Under the pieces are notes generated by a model, which was given only the letters and a program-made list of their open reading frames with translations, did no database searches and was not told where the DNA came from. Shown here one piece after another: positions 35,614 to 44,450 of a DNA stretch of 64,000 nucleotides. The translations under genes and the position numbers were made by a program. The stretch's first letter is position 1, and each line of letters starts with the position of its first letter. The stretch comes from Escherichia phage vB_EcoM-Ro121c4YLVW: sequence record NC_052654.1; one strand, given 5' to 3'.

Positions 35614-35882
35614 CAAGTTTTGAAAGTAACTTCGTTACCGCTTGGGAAGCTTGGGATGAAATGGGTGTTGGGGAACTTTATTTTTACAATGTAACACTAC
35701 GTCCAGAGTATGCTTACCTGGTACCAGAAGGAACAGTTCAAATTGGCATGTATCTGTCTTCTCAAGACGGTGTTGTTCAATTTGAGTTTTATTCAAACAC
35801 AACGGACAACGAATTTACATATCGTGCATTTCATGTCAACATGTCTTTAGGAGAGGAGAAATTTTATGACGACCAAGTTTAA
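35592..35882 (+). CDS. hypothetical protein
   Basis: ORF track. Confidence 0.4.
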   Translation: MAEFGSVTSFESNFVTAWEAWDEMGVGELYFYNVTLRPEYAYLVPEGTVQIGMYLSSQDGVVQFEFYSNTTDNEFTYRAFHVNMSLGEEKFYDDQV

Positions 35883-36063
35883 AACAGTAGAAGAAGCCGT
35901 AAAAGCAGCTTATGAGGCTTTAGCGGAAGCAGAGCAGTTAGCAGATGAGACTGGTAAAGGTTTCCGTTTCTCCCCTGAATATGGGATGGGTGGCTATTAT
36001 GATCCAGAAGATGAAAATGAGAATACTGGAACAAATTGGCATCCATCTTCTTTAAGTTGTTAA
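35866..36063 (+). CDS. small protein, C-terminal W-H-P-S-S-L-S-C family member 1
   Basis: ORF track; shares C-terminal WxSSxC tail with two downstream genes. Confidence 0.45.
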   Translation: MTTKFKTVEEAVKAAYEALAEAEQLADETGKGFRFSPEYGMGGYYDPEDENENTGTNWHPSSLSC

Positions 36064-36074
36064 TAGGAGGTAGA

Positions 36075-36350
36075 GTGGGAATCGAAGATATCAAAGGTTA
36101 TAAGGCGCATACTGACGATAAGATTGGCAAGGTTAACGCTATTAAAGATGCAGAAGAGCGTTTAGGTTTAATCTTCAAAGCTTTAGAGGAAGAGTATTGT
36201 GAAGCATATCATGGGTCTTTTGACGGCACAGAAAAAGAATTAGGTCTTGCATACGAACGTATTGATCAAATCCGTTGTGCTATTAGACATTTAAAAGAAG
36301 CTAGTATGTGGGCTTGTCGTTCAGTTTTCCAACCAGAGGAGAAATACTAA
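36075..36350 (+). CDS. hypothetical protein (GTG start)
   Basis: GTG after AGGAGG within ORF 36036..36350. Confidence 0.4.
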   Translation: MGIEDIKGYKAHTDDKIGKVNAIKDAEERLGLIFKALEEEYCEAYHGSFDGTEKELGLAYERIDQIRCAIRHLKEASMWACRSVFQPEEKY

Positions 36351-36568
36351 TGAGTGATCGTAATGTTGAAGAATTAACTGAAAAAGCCCAAGCTATTATG
36401 GCTTTAGTGGACGAACTTACAAAAGAAGCTGAAGATGCTGGTTTTGGTCTTAGTTTAGAAAATGACGCAATCTGTTTTGAAGATTGGCAATCCTCTTCTT
36501 GTTATGGTGAAGGTGATGATGGTTTCGTCGTTAATTCTCAAGGTGTTTGGCACAGTAGTAGCTGTTAA
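36350..36568 (+). CDS. small protein, C-terminal W-H-S-S-S-C family member 2
   Basis: Internal Met after GAGGAG. Confidence 0.45.
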   Translation: MSDRNVEELTEKAQAIMALVDELTKEAEDAGFGLSLENDAICFEDWQSSSCYGEGDDGFVVNSQGVWHSSSC

Positions 36569-36577
36569 GGAGAGATT

Positions 36578-36850
36578 GTGGAGTCTGAAGGCGAACTGCT
36601 GATAAAAAAGAAAGTTAAAGAGATGGAACAAGCACAAAGAAAGTTTCGTAAGGAGATTGAAGAACTTTGTGAACAGTTTCAGGAACAAGCTTGGATAGGT
36701 GACTACGGTAACGGAGAAACTTATTACCCTACAGGAACGCCAGCCGCAGATCACTATATTGATTTCATTTGTGAAGATTATGGTGTAGAGTTGGATGAAA
36801 ATGGTTTAACCACAAGAGGTGTTTGGATCTCTTCTTCCTCAATGTGTTAG
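36578..36850 (+). CDS. small protein, C-terminal W-I-S-S-S-S-M-C family member 3
   Basis: ORF track; GTG start after AAGGAGAG. Confidence 0.45.
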   Translation: MESEGELLIKKKVKEMEQAQRKFRKEIEELCEQFQEQAWIGDYGNGETYYPTGTPAADHYIDFICEDYGVELDENGLTTRGVWISSSSMC

Positions 36851-36858
36851 TAAATAAT

Positions 36859-36881
36859 AACCCGCTTCGGCGGGTTTTTTA
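36859..36881 (+). terminator. intrinsic terminator ACCCGC-TTCG-GCGGGT + TTTTTT
   Basis: Direct reading. Confidence 0.6.
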
Positions 36882-36910
36882 TTGACAGGAATCTGGAAGC
36901 TTGATAAACT
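36882..36910 (+). promoter_or_regulatory. sigma70-like promoter TTGACA-N17-TAAACT
   Basis: Direct reading. Confidence 0.45.
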
Positions 36911-36940
36911 TAACCTATCAACCAATAGAGGAGAAATATT

Positions 36941-37882
36941 ATGGTGTTAATTGGTAGCCGTGCATTGCAAATTCATGCTATGGACATGGGAAAAGACTTG
37001 TATCGCCCTTGTGTAGATTTAGATTACCTGTGTACAGAACAAGAGTGGGAAGAATTATCAAAAATGTTCTCTCAAGAGGAGTTTGTTGAACTTGTAGAAC
37101 GTAAAGGAAACAAAGGCCATGTCAAAATGATAGCTGGTGCACATTTGGAATACGATATTGCTTCTCAAGGAGATAGCACAGAAGCTTTGATTAGTTATTG
37201 TGAAGATTCTGATGATGTTCGTCGAACTTACGCTGGACATGTTGTTGCTCCTTTAGATGTGCTCTACCTTCTTAAAATGAGTCATCGTTTTAAAAAGGAT
37301 AGTCCTCACTTCTTTAAAACTATGAAAGATATTCATTTCATGCGGTCACTGGGCGCAAAGATCCCAGAAAATCTTAAGAGTATTTATGAGTTGCGTGAGA
37401 AAGAAACATACACTTACTCTCATCCGAACTTAAACGTAAAAAGTAAAGACTTTTTTAAAGGTGATGAGGTTCCGTATGTTTATGATCATGATTCTATCCA
37501 TGAAGCAATCGCGGTAATGGATGCTCCGGCATATAAATCTTATATGAAAGATGGAAGTGAAGTTATGACCAGCAAAGAAAAGTTTTTTGCTCAACCAAAA
37601 CATGTGCGCCTGTTAGGTGTTTATGAAGAAGCGTGTGTTTTGGCTTTGGAACGTTCACAAATTCCTTTCGGTGGAGAGATCGGAGGTCCAACCCCTAAGC
37701 AAAGTTTTATAATGGCTTTATCTAAAGTCTGCACATCCATCACTAGTGGTTGGTTTAGGGAATATGCTTGGGAAAACTTTTATGTTGTTATTAAGCTATA
37801 TGAAAACATGGGCGAAAACGACTATGTTGAACGTTTTAAAGCTAATCAACATGTAGTAAAGCCTTTTGAAGGAGGTTATTAA
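36941..37882 (+). CDS. hypothetical protein (313 aa)
   Basis: ORF track. Confidence 0.5.
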   Translation: MVLIGSRALQIHAMDMGKDLYRPCVDLDYLCTEQEWEELSKMFSQEEFVELVERKGNKGHVKMIAGAHLEYDIASQGDSTEALISYCEDSDDVRRTYAGHVVAPLDVLYLLKMSHRFKKDSPHFFKTMKDIHFMRSLGAKIPENLKSIYELREKETYTYSHPNLNVKSKDFFKGDEVPYVYDHDSIHEAIAVMDAPAYKSYMKDGSEVMTSKEKFFAQPKHVRLLGVYEEACVLALERSQIPFGGEIGGPTPKQSFIMALSKVCTSITSGWFREYAWENFYVVIKLYENMGENDYVERFKANQHVVKPFEGGY

Positions 37883-37883
37883 T

Positions 37884-38279
37884 ATGTGTGGATATCTTTC
37901 AGAAAGTTATTTCAAAGTGACGCACGAGGATTTAGAAAAAGCACGATTGAAACTGACAGCTATTATTGAATACTCTAATACTGTTGATCACAGATTAAAG
38001 ACTACTAAAGTATCTGTTCCTTGTTGGTTAGGTTTACGGCATAAAATAATGTCTCAACATGACCATGTTGTTCGAGAGATGCATGGTTGGTGTTGGTTTC
38101 ACGATGTGGCTCTGCATTTTGGTTATATTACAGAAGAAGAGCATAGATTCTGTGAACTAACATATCGTATTCCAACCCTTCACGATTTAGATTTGTGGAA
38201 GAAAGCAAACGAGATTTTTCTTACAGAAAGTGATTGGCGTAAAGTTATGGCTTGTCTTGAATGGAGGGGTAATGAGTAA
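37884..38279 (+). CDS. hypothetical protein
   Basis: Internal Met of ORF 37866..38279 after GGAGG. Confidence 0.45.
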   Translation: MCGYLSESYFKVTHEDLEKARLKLTAIIEYSNTVDHRLKTTKVSVPCWLGLRHKIMSQHDHVVREMHGWCWFHDVALHFGYITEEEHRFCELTYRIPTLHDLDLWKKANEIFLTESDWRKVMACLEWRGNE

Positions 38280-38955
38280 AACAGTTTTGTCTATGTTTGA
38301 CGGATCTGGGATCATGGTGTTACGTTATGCCGAAGCAGGTCACAAGTGTTTTTGTGTAAACGCTGATGAAGGGGATCACGGTAAATACGAGGTTAGGATG
38401 GAGCACCCAAACATAACCTATGTGAATGCCTGGATAGATTCTACATTCAACCCTGAAGATCATGGGATACCTAAACCCGATATTATTTTTGGATTTCCAC
38501 CTTGCACTATGTTAGCAGGTAGTGGTAGCAAACACGAACGCAGCACAGAGGAATTGGATGAAGCTTTAGCTAATATTCGTGTAGTGGAAGCTTTGGGTAA
38601 CAAATATAATGTTCCTTGGATGATTGAGAACCCAGTAGGTAAACTTTCAACCTTATGGCGTAAACCCGATTTTTACTTTGATCCTTATGAGTATGGTGGG
38701 TATTTGTTTGAAGAGGAAGGAAGCTTTCATCCTAAAATGCCTACCCGTGATGGGTATACAAAGAAAACTTGTATTTGGCACGGCAATGGTTTTGTTCAAC
38801 CAGTGAAGAAACCAGTAGATCATATAGGCTGCTTCTGGGGTTGGAAAAGCTTAGGTGGAGCTAGTGCAAAAACAAAACAACTTAGATCACTAACCGCACG
38901 TGGTTTTGCTCGTGCAGTGTTTTTGTCTAACAATCTTCTAGATAAGGAGAAATAA
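38272..38955 (+). CDS. C5-cytosine-methyltransferase-like SAM-dependent enzyme (tentative)
   Basis: Motif order FDGSG (I), GFPPC (IV, PC), ENP (VI-like), R-rich C-terminus; short for a complete Dcm. Confidence 0.4.
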   Translation: MSKTVLSMFDGSGIMVLRYAEAGHKCFCVNADEGDHGKYEVRMEHPNITYVNAWIDSTFNPEDHGIPKPDIIFGFPPCTMLAGSGSKHERSTEELDEALANIRVVEALGNKYNVPWMIENPVGKLSTLWRKPDFYFDPYEYGGYLFEEEGSFHPKMPTRDGYTKKTCIWHGNGFVQPVKKPVDHIGCFWGWKSLGGASAKTKQLRSLTARGFARAVFLSNNLLDKEK

Positions 38956-39608
38956 TGTTAAATTCAAAACCAGTGGTTGCTTATCAAGTAGATCGTAATG
39001 ATGGTGAAGGAAGTGTTGTTATTTTCAGTACACACGGTCTTGAGGCTCGTCGAAAAGGTGCATATCGTTTAGAATGTGAGTTTGAAGACTGCACAAGCCA
39101 CCGTGTCAAACAATTCGATCAATATGCTGATAAAGGCTTCGTCCCTATCAAAGCGTTACTGGAAGATGGTTGGTGGGTATATTCTGCTTTTGATTACTCA
39201 AAACTGGAGGAGTCAGCTTCGTGCGCCTCCGAGATCGAATATGATGATTACTATGACACTCTATACCTTCCAGAATGGCTTGTCTTTTCTCCTGATGAGA
39301 GAAGTGTCTGGAAAACGTGGGAAGAAATGGAGAGACATGCGTATAGCATCAATGAAGCTTTAGATCGTAAAACTTGGTTTATTGAGGCAGTAAAGGCGGC
39401 ATACCCCCAATTCTCATTCTGTGATTTCACTGGCGGCCCAGGATACATTACACATACAGCCTCTTTTGAGTTTCCTGGTTCACGTTATAAGGGTAATGTT
39501 TATTGGGACTGGGATGAAAATAAACAACCTTCGGCTCAAGACTTCCGTTGCTATGTTTGTCAAGGCGATCAAGAAGCCCTTGACAAATACCTACAAAATC
39601 TGGTATAG
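38955..39608 (+). CDS. hypothetical protein
   Basis: ORF track. Confidence 0.45.
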   Translation: MLNSKPVVAYQVDRNDGEGSVVIFSTHGLEARRKGAYRLECEFEDCTSHRVKQFDQYADKGFVPIKALLEDGWWVYSAFDYSKLEESASCASEIEYDDYYDTLYLPEWLVFSPDERSVWKTWEEMERHAYSINEALDRKTWFIEAVKAAYPQFSFCDFTGGPGYITHTASFEFPGSRYKGNVYWDWDENKQPSAQDFRCYVCQGDQEALDKYLQNLV

Positions 39609-39624
39609 TGCCAGCATCTGAACA

Positions 39625-39653
39625 AAGCCTCCTGTTTCAGGGGGCTTTTCTTT
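39625..39653 (+). terminator. intrinsic terminator AGCCTCCTG-tttc-AGGGGGCT + TTTTCTTTT
   Basis: Direct reading. Confidence 0.55.
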
Positions 39654-39666
39654 TATAGGAGGGAAT

Positions 39667-40152
39667 ATGTTTCAAGTAAATGTCAATGTGCATAATAGTT
39701 ACTCTGATTGTGAAACGTGTGGCTATAATTCATCTAATGTTATTCGTATTAGTGGCGATTTAGGAGAAGCTTCTTTTGGAGAAGAAGCAAGTTGCTTTAG
39801 TGGTATGGATGCAGAATGGAATGATATTGCACATTGGTTAGTGAGCAAACTAAAAGAAAAAGAGAAACCATTTCCTACTCTGCTTGATCGTTCTCTTGTG
39901 GAAGATGCAGGTAAAGCATATGCAGACTATGCGTATGCAGACGGGAAATATTTGGAAGATGATAAGGCTAACCATTTGCTTTATGTTTACTATGAAGCTG
40001 AATCTGCCTACGATAATTATTACAGCATGTCTAACATCCTACGTCTGTTTGCAGAGTTTGATATTTATTTCGAAGTAGAATTTTCAGAAGATGATACTTA
40101 CGAGTACAATTCTTATGATCCATTTGAGGAGGAAGAATGCCAAGACGAGTGA
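39667..40152 (+). CDS. hypothetical acidic protein
   Basis: ORF track. Confidence 0.45.
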   Translation: MFQVNVNVHNSYSDCETCGYNSSNVIRISGDLGEASFGEEASCFSGMDAEWNDIAHWLVSKLKEKEKPFPTLLDRSLVEDAGKAYADYAYADGKYLEDDKANHLLYVYYEAESAYDNYYSMSNILRLFAEFDIYFEVEFSEDDTYEYNSYDPFEEEECQDE

Positions 40153-40952
40153 TTTTTGTAAGCGGTGCAGGTTTAAGTGCAGACAGTGGGATTCGAACAT
40201 TTAGAACAGACACAGATAGTGGTCGTGCTTTATGGGAAGAATATGATTTAGAAGAGGTCTGCGATATTGGAGCTTTCCAAGCAGGTTATCGTGTTAGAAC
40301 ATCTCCAGATCTTCCAGTGGTCGGTGGTGTAGACGAGAACGGTATGGATTTGTATGCCAAAACACACGAATTTTATAACAAAAGACGTGTTGAGCTTAAA
40401 GATGTACAACCTAATGCTGCACATATTCAAATAGCAAAGTGGTTTAAGGAATATCCTAACCAAATAGTAAACTTGACAACAAACGTTGATGATCTACTAG
40501 AGCGAGCAGGTGTAGACAGAGATTCTGTTATTCACGTACACGGATATCTTCCTGAAGTAGTTTACCGTATGCATCCCGGAGATTACAAAACACTGGTAGA
40601 TATTGGTTACAATAGTATAAACATAGATGATTATAACTGGGTGAAGCCTAATGTTGTATTTTTTGGTGAGGCTGCACCTTTGTATGCAGATATGGCTCAC
40701 TTGTTCGATACTTTGACCATGCAAGATTTGGTTGTAGTAGTAGGATGTTCAAACCAAGTTATCAATTTTAATTGGGAATTATTTCCTGCACTTAGTATGG
40801 GTACAAAAATGGTTGTAGTTAACCCTGGAGTTAATTACGAAGAAACACTTCTCTATGAAGATCGTGGAGTTTTTGTTTACCGAGAAAAAGCTGCAACAGC
40901 CTTCAGCAATGAAGGTTTCATTAAAATGGTCGAAGACCACTTAAACAAATAA
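40137..40952 (+). CDS. Sir2-family (sirtuin-like) NAD-dependent protein
   Basis: N-terminal FVSGAGLSADSGIRTFR matches sirtuin NAD-binding signature; VHVHGYL catalytic His region. Confidence 0.65.
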   Translation: MPRRVIFVSGAGLSADSGIRTFRTDTDSGRALWEEYDLEEVCDIGAFQAGYRVRTSPDLPVVGGVDENGMDLYAKTHEFYNKRRVELKDVQPNAAHIQIAKWFKEYPNQIVNLTTNVDDLLERAGVDRDSVIHVHGYLPEVVYRMHPGDYKTLVDIGYNSINIDDYNWVKPNVVFFGEAAPLYADMAHLFDTLTMQDLVVVVGCSNQVINFNWELFPALSMGTKMVVVNPGVNYEETLLYEDRGVFVYREKAATAFSNEGFIKMVEDHLNK

Positions 40953-40960
40953 ACCACTCA

Positions 40961-40983
40961 AGGGGCTTCGGCCCCTTTCTTAT
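40961..40983 (+). terminator. intrinsic terminator AGGGGC-TTCG-GCCCCT + TTTCTT
   Basis: Direct reading. Confidence 0.55.
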
Positions 40984-40995
40984 TAGGAGAATAAA

Positions 40996-41268
40996 ATGAC
41001 TGAAGAAATCCGTGATTACTACCTTGCACATTACGTTTACTACTTTGCCAATGCTACACAAAAAGGGGAAGGTAATCTTTACTTGGCAACAGGACATGGA
41101 ACAGGCGTTAGGAAATCAAATATTGATAATGCCTTGGCTCAAGTGGCTGCGGGGCTAGAAGATAAACTTCAAACACCTGTAGTTGTAGTGATGCAAAATA
41201 TAAATTACCTAGCAAGTTGTACTGAAACCGAATTTAACGCGTCTGAGACGCAATCTAACGAAGAATAA
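40996..41268 (+). CDS. hypothetical protein
   Basis: ORF track; SD AGGAGAA. Confidence 0.45.
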   Translation: MTEEIRDYYLAHYVYYFANATQKGEGNLYLATGHGTGVRKSNIDNALAQVAAGLEDKLQTPVVVVMQNINYLASCTETEFNASETQSNEE

Positions 41269-41282
41269 AACAAAGGCACCCA

Positions 41283-41312
41283 AGTGGGTGCCTTTTCTAT
41301 TTTAGAGCGTCT
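41283..41312. terminator. bidirectional terminator between convergent gene blocks (GGCACCC-aagt-GGGTGCC flanked by T/A runs)
   Basis: Direct reading. Confidence 0.55.
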
Positions 41313-41337
41313 CTGTTCGATTTAGGTGGGTTCTAGC

Positions 41338-41568
41338 TTACTTGTGTAGTGCTCTCTCGTATAACTCAATGATCAATTCATCCTCTACTGTAATACGCGC
41401 CATTTGATCCGTCTTAAGTATTGTTGGTTGGTAGTGGTGCATTTCACTATTGATACTACAATCCCATTCGTCATAACCTAAATACTCTCCTACATGGACC
41501 TTAACCATAAAGGGAAACGGGTTATCTACCAAAAATGCCATACAACCTTCTTCGATTTTATTTAACAC
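41338..41568 (-). CDS. hypothetical protein
   Basis: ORF track. Confidence 0.4.
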   Translation of the reverse strand: MLNKIEEGCMAFLVDNPFPFMVKVHVGEYLGYDEWDCSINSEMHHYQPTILKTDQMARITVEDELIIELYERALHK

Positions 41569-41596
41569 ACGACCTCCTATTGCTACAGATATGAAA

Positions 41597-41620
41597 AAAC
41601 CCGCCGAAGCGGGTTCTATT
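41597..41620 (-). terminator. intrinsic terminator ACCCGC-TTCG-GCGGGT + TTTTTT (minus strand), flanked by 10-bp direct repeat ctattgctac
   Basis: Direct reading. Confidence 0.5.
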
Positions 41621-41659
41621 GCTACGATAGGATCACTATCCTATAGTATTGTTTCTGTG

Positions 41660-41941
41660 TCAAGCCTTAGCGTAGAAAAACTTCTCATATTCAGATTTTG
41701 TTACGATTGTGGGGCAATCTTTTGTTCCATCCTCGATAACAGGGGCTTCTACCATTCTGGTGTTGAATAAGCAATAAGTTCCACGCATGTAAATACCCAG
41801 TTTTGTTTCTACGATGTGCTCTTTACTTACGCTTGAAAACTTAATCTCACCATCGGAGTCTCTTATAGCAATAAGCGCATGTTCGGGCCAATCTTTTCCT
41901 TTTGCTCCTAAAGCATTATACAATTCTTGAACGAGTTCCAT
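41660..41941 (-). CDS. hypothetical protein
   Basis: ORF track. Confidence 0.4.
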   Translation of the reverse strand: MELVQELYNALGAKGKDWPEHALIAIRDSDGEIKFSSVSKEHIVETKLGIYMRGTYCLFNTRMVEAPVIEDGTKDCPTIVTKSEYEKFFYAKA

Positions 41942-41953
41942 ATGACCTCCTTA

Positions 41954-42127
41954 TTAAATAACAAATTTTTCTTCTTCTGGCTTATCGTAATCTGGAGAAT
42001 AAACATGTGCGGGATTAAAACCTTTAAAATTTCCGCGACCTTTACGTGGACAGTTGAATGTGCGAGCTTGATGATCCCCAAAAGATTTCCCACAATGCAT
42101 ACATTTAAAATCAGTGCGTTTAGTCAT
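41954..42127 (-). CDS. small zinc-finger protein
   Basis: Internal Met (MTKRTDFKCMHCG) after AAGGAG; CxxC...C motif. Confidence 0.4.
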   Translation of the reverse strand: MTKRTDFKCMHCGKSFGDHQARTFNCPRKGRGNFKGFNPAHVYSPDYDKPEEEKFVI

Positions 42128-42182
42128 GCCATATCTCCTTTTAAAAGGCTGCACCTATTGAAGATGCAGCTTTGATAGATTA

Positions 42183-42284
42183 TTTAGATGAGTCTAAAAT
42201 GTCTTTTACTTTTGCCGTGATAACGTCTTGATATTTGTTAATAAGATAGCCTACAACTACACCTACGATAAATGAAACCATTAT
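42183..42284 (-). CDS. small membrane peptide (about 33 aa)
   Basis: ATG after AAGGAGAAATA; single hydrophobic helix. Confidence 0.25.
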
Positions 42285-42290
42285 TTCTCC

Positions 42291-42899
42291 TTATTTAAGT
42301 GGTGAGAGAACAATCTCTCGGTTTTTTAAGAACCAAAGCACGTCATCTTGATCATAGTCTGATCCCTCTGTAGTAGAATTTTTGATAGAATCAAAAAACC
42401 AACGAGGTATACCAAAACAACTTCCAGATGACTGCATGTCTTTCTGCGACATTTTAAATGTGATTGGAAAATCACAATTATCAATCTCTCGGATATCTGC
42501 TGAAGATAAGATTGTAACTTCAACCAGTTCGTCGTTAGATGTAGTATCGTTGTCTTCCTGAATAATGTCAAATGCTTTTTGCACATCTTTTGCATCTAAT
42601 GTTAAACCTGTGGCTTTCTGAAAAGCCGAAACAAAAATTAGAGCTTCTTCAGAGCAAGGGGCTTCCAGCAAATGAGCCATAATAGGTGACAAGCAAATGT
42701 TAAGATCTTTGTCATACCAACGAACAATCCACACAGGCGTTGCTCCGTTTTGTTTGTCACGAGCCAAAATTGTAACGTGCTGACCTTCTTCTGGTATATG
42801 ATACAAACCAGAAAAACCAGGACCTGTAGTAGATTTTTTGACACGCGCTACGTGTCCAACTTCTAAAGGATCTTTACCATCCCAAATCTTCTCTTCCAT
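42291..42899 (-). CDS. hypothetical protein (202 aa)
   Basis: ORF track. Confidence 0.45.
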   Translation of the reverse strand: MEEKIWDGKDPLEVGHVARVKKSTTGPGFSGLYHIPEEGQHVTILARDKQNGATPVWIVRWYDKDLNICLSPIMAHLLEAPCSEEALIFVSAFQKATGLTLDAKDVQKAFDIIQEDNDTTSNDELVEVTILSSADIREIDNCDFPITFKMSQKDMQSSGSCFGIPRWFFDSIKNSTTEGSDYDQDDVLWFLKNREIVLSPLK

Positions 42900-42907
42900 A
42901 TAACCTC

Positions 42908-43171
42908 CTAAATAACATCTTTGAAATAGTGAATCACTTCAATATTATGGTACAAAGTGCTTCGCTCTTTTGTGTACTCTGTTTTAGTAACAAACACTTT
43001 TGCAATACCGTACTTATGCGCTGGTAGGCTTGGATTGGTTTGCATAATTTCTTTCACTACACTTATAGTTTCGTGCTCGGATTCCCAATAAGTGAAGTAA
43101 CCCTCACCATCAACGATTAAAGACTCGTTTTCAAGATCTACAAAACAGAAAAATATTGACGGATGGCTCAT
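42908..43171 (-). CDS. hypothetical protein
   Basis: ORF track. Confidence 0.4.
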   Translation of the reverse strand: MSHPSIFFCFVDLENESLIVDGEGYFTYWESEHETISVVKEIMQTNPSLPAHKYGIAKVFVTKTEYTKERSTLYHNIEVIHYFKDVI

Positions 43172-43335
43172 TCTTTTTCTTCAACCTTCCTCAAAGCTTT
43201 TTGATCGAATATGGCGTGTTGCAATTCCCCGTTTTCATCGAACCAAGTTACTTTACAAGATTCACCATAACTTTCTATTACTGTCATTTGTTTGTTTGCA
43301 CCTTTAAGGCAAACCACATCACCTACTTGCATCAT
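43168..43335 (-). CDS. small hypothetical protein (about 55 aa)
   Basis: ATGA stop-start coupling at both ends. Confidence 0.3.
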   Translation of the reverse strand: MMQVGDVVCLKGANKQMTVIESYGESCKVTWFDENGELQHAIFDQKALRKVEEKE

Positions 43336-43781
43336 GATTGAGTTCCTTTTTGTTTTTCAATAGCTGCACGAATTTCTGCTAAAGGTTCTGCTACCAAGTC
43401 TTCAACTTCTTGGATTTGTTCATTCATCACATCACGAACCATTTGAATACGCTCTTCAAGGGAAACAGCAAGTTCATCTGCATAAGCCATATTAAGAACG
43501 TGGTAGAAATTTTCTTGTGCACTTAAAGCACCAGATAACAAATAATCCTGATCTTCCTCTGGTAAAAGCATGTGTTGCTCATATTCAGCAAAAGTGTTTT
43601 TGTTAATCTCAAGCAAAGCACCCATCATAACATCATACTGATAATCTTTATGACCAGGGTTGTTTAAAATAACATCTTCAAAAATATTAAGAAGAATCTT
43701 AGTAACAAAAGCATTGTTTTCGGCACCTTCCATCTGACGGATTACCGTGATTACTTCTTTTTCTTTAGCGTTTTGGCTCAT
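43332..43781 (-). CDS. hypothetical protein
   Basis: ORF track. Confidence 0.45.
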   Translation of the reverse strand: MSQNAKEKEVITVIRQMEGAENNAFVTKILLNIFEDVILNNPGHKDYQYDVMMGALLEINKNTFAEYEQHMLLPEEDQDYLLSGALSAQENFYHVLNMAYADELAVSLEERIQMVRDVMNEQIQEVEDLVAEPLAEIRAAIEKQKGTQS

Positions 43782-43971
43782 AGTGTTTCTCCTCTGATTC
43801 TATTTGGATATAACCTGTGGTTTTGCACGGGTTACACTCGTAAATTTGACCTACGTCCGCCATAACATATCCTGCACCACCACAATAGGGGCAAGGCATA
43901 GGAGGACAAGGTATGGACGTAGTGATTGTTACGACATTATCAATTTCCAACATTTTCGCCATTACTACCAT
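43765..43971 (-). CDS. small zinc-ribbon protein
   Basis: ORF track; CPYCGG...CNPCK. Confidence 0.4.
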   Translation of the reverse strand: MVVMAKMLEIDNVVTITTSIPCPPMPCPYCGGAGYVMADVGQIYECNPCKTTGYIQIESEEKHYEPKR

Positions 43972-44213
43972 TCCGCTATTAACGTCAAACCAAGTGCATC
44001 GTTAAAACGCTCAACATTTGAGTATAGGTATGGAGGGGTTATTTGCTCTAAAATTTGTGCTGCTTCCACTTGGTGTTCTATGTTTTGAGAAGTTCGGGCA
44101 TAAACTAAGACACCCATTTTATTCAAAATAAAAACAGAATCAGACCCATCCAGCTTATCAACGGCTGCATACATTTTAGTCATATTTTCTCCTGGATTAC
44201 CATTCAGCAACAA
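43965..44213 (-). CDS. hypothetical protein
   Basis: ORF track. Confidence 0.4.
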   Translation of the reverse strand: MLLNGNPGENMTKMYAAVDKLDGSDSVFILNKMGVLVYARTSQNIEHQVEAAQILEQITPPYLYSNVERFNDALGLTLIAEW

Positions 44214-44412
44214 GACTAGGATTCATAGCAAAAGCTTTGAAAGTTGTTATGTCATGACTAACATTAAAACTAACACCTTTTACTTTCTCTAGTATTTGAA
44301 CTTTTGTCTCTCCGTCCCACGGTAGGATGATAACACCATCTCCTGTGATCAACCACCAATGGTTCTCTCCATCTCGTGAATCTTTTGCTTTGTATAGAAA
44401 ATTGGAACTCAT
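44197..44412 (-). CDS. hypothetical protein
   Basis: ORF track; SD AGGAGGAAG. Confidence 0.45.
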   Translation of the reverse strand: MSSNFLYKAKDSRDGENHWWLITGDGVIILPWDGETKVQILEKVKGVSFNVSHDITTFKAFAMNPSLVAEW

Positions 44413-44450
44413 TCTTCCTCCTGTTCGGTATTATTCACCTGTGAGACACA

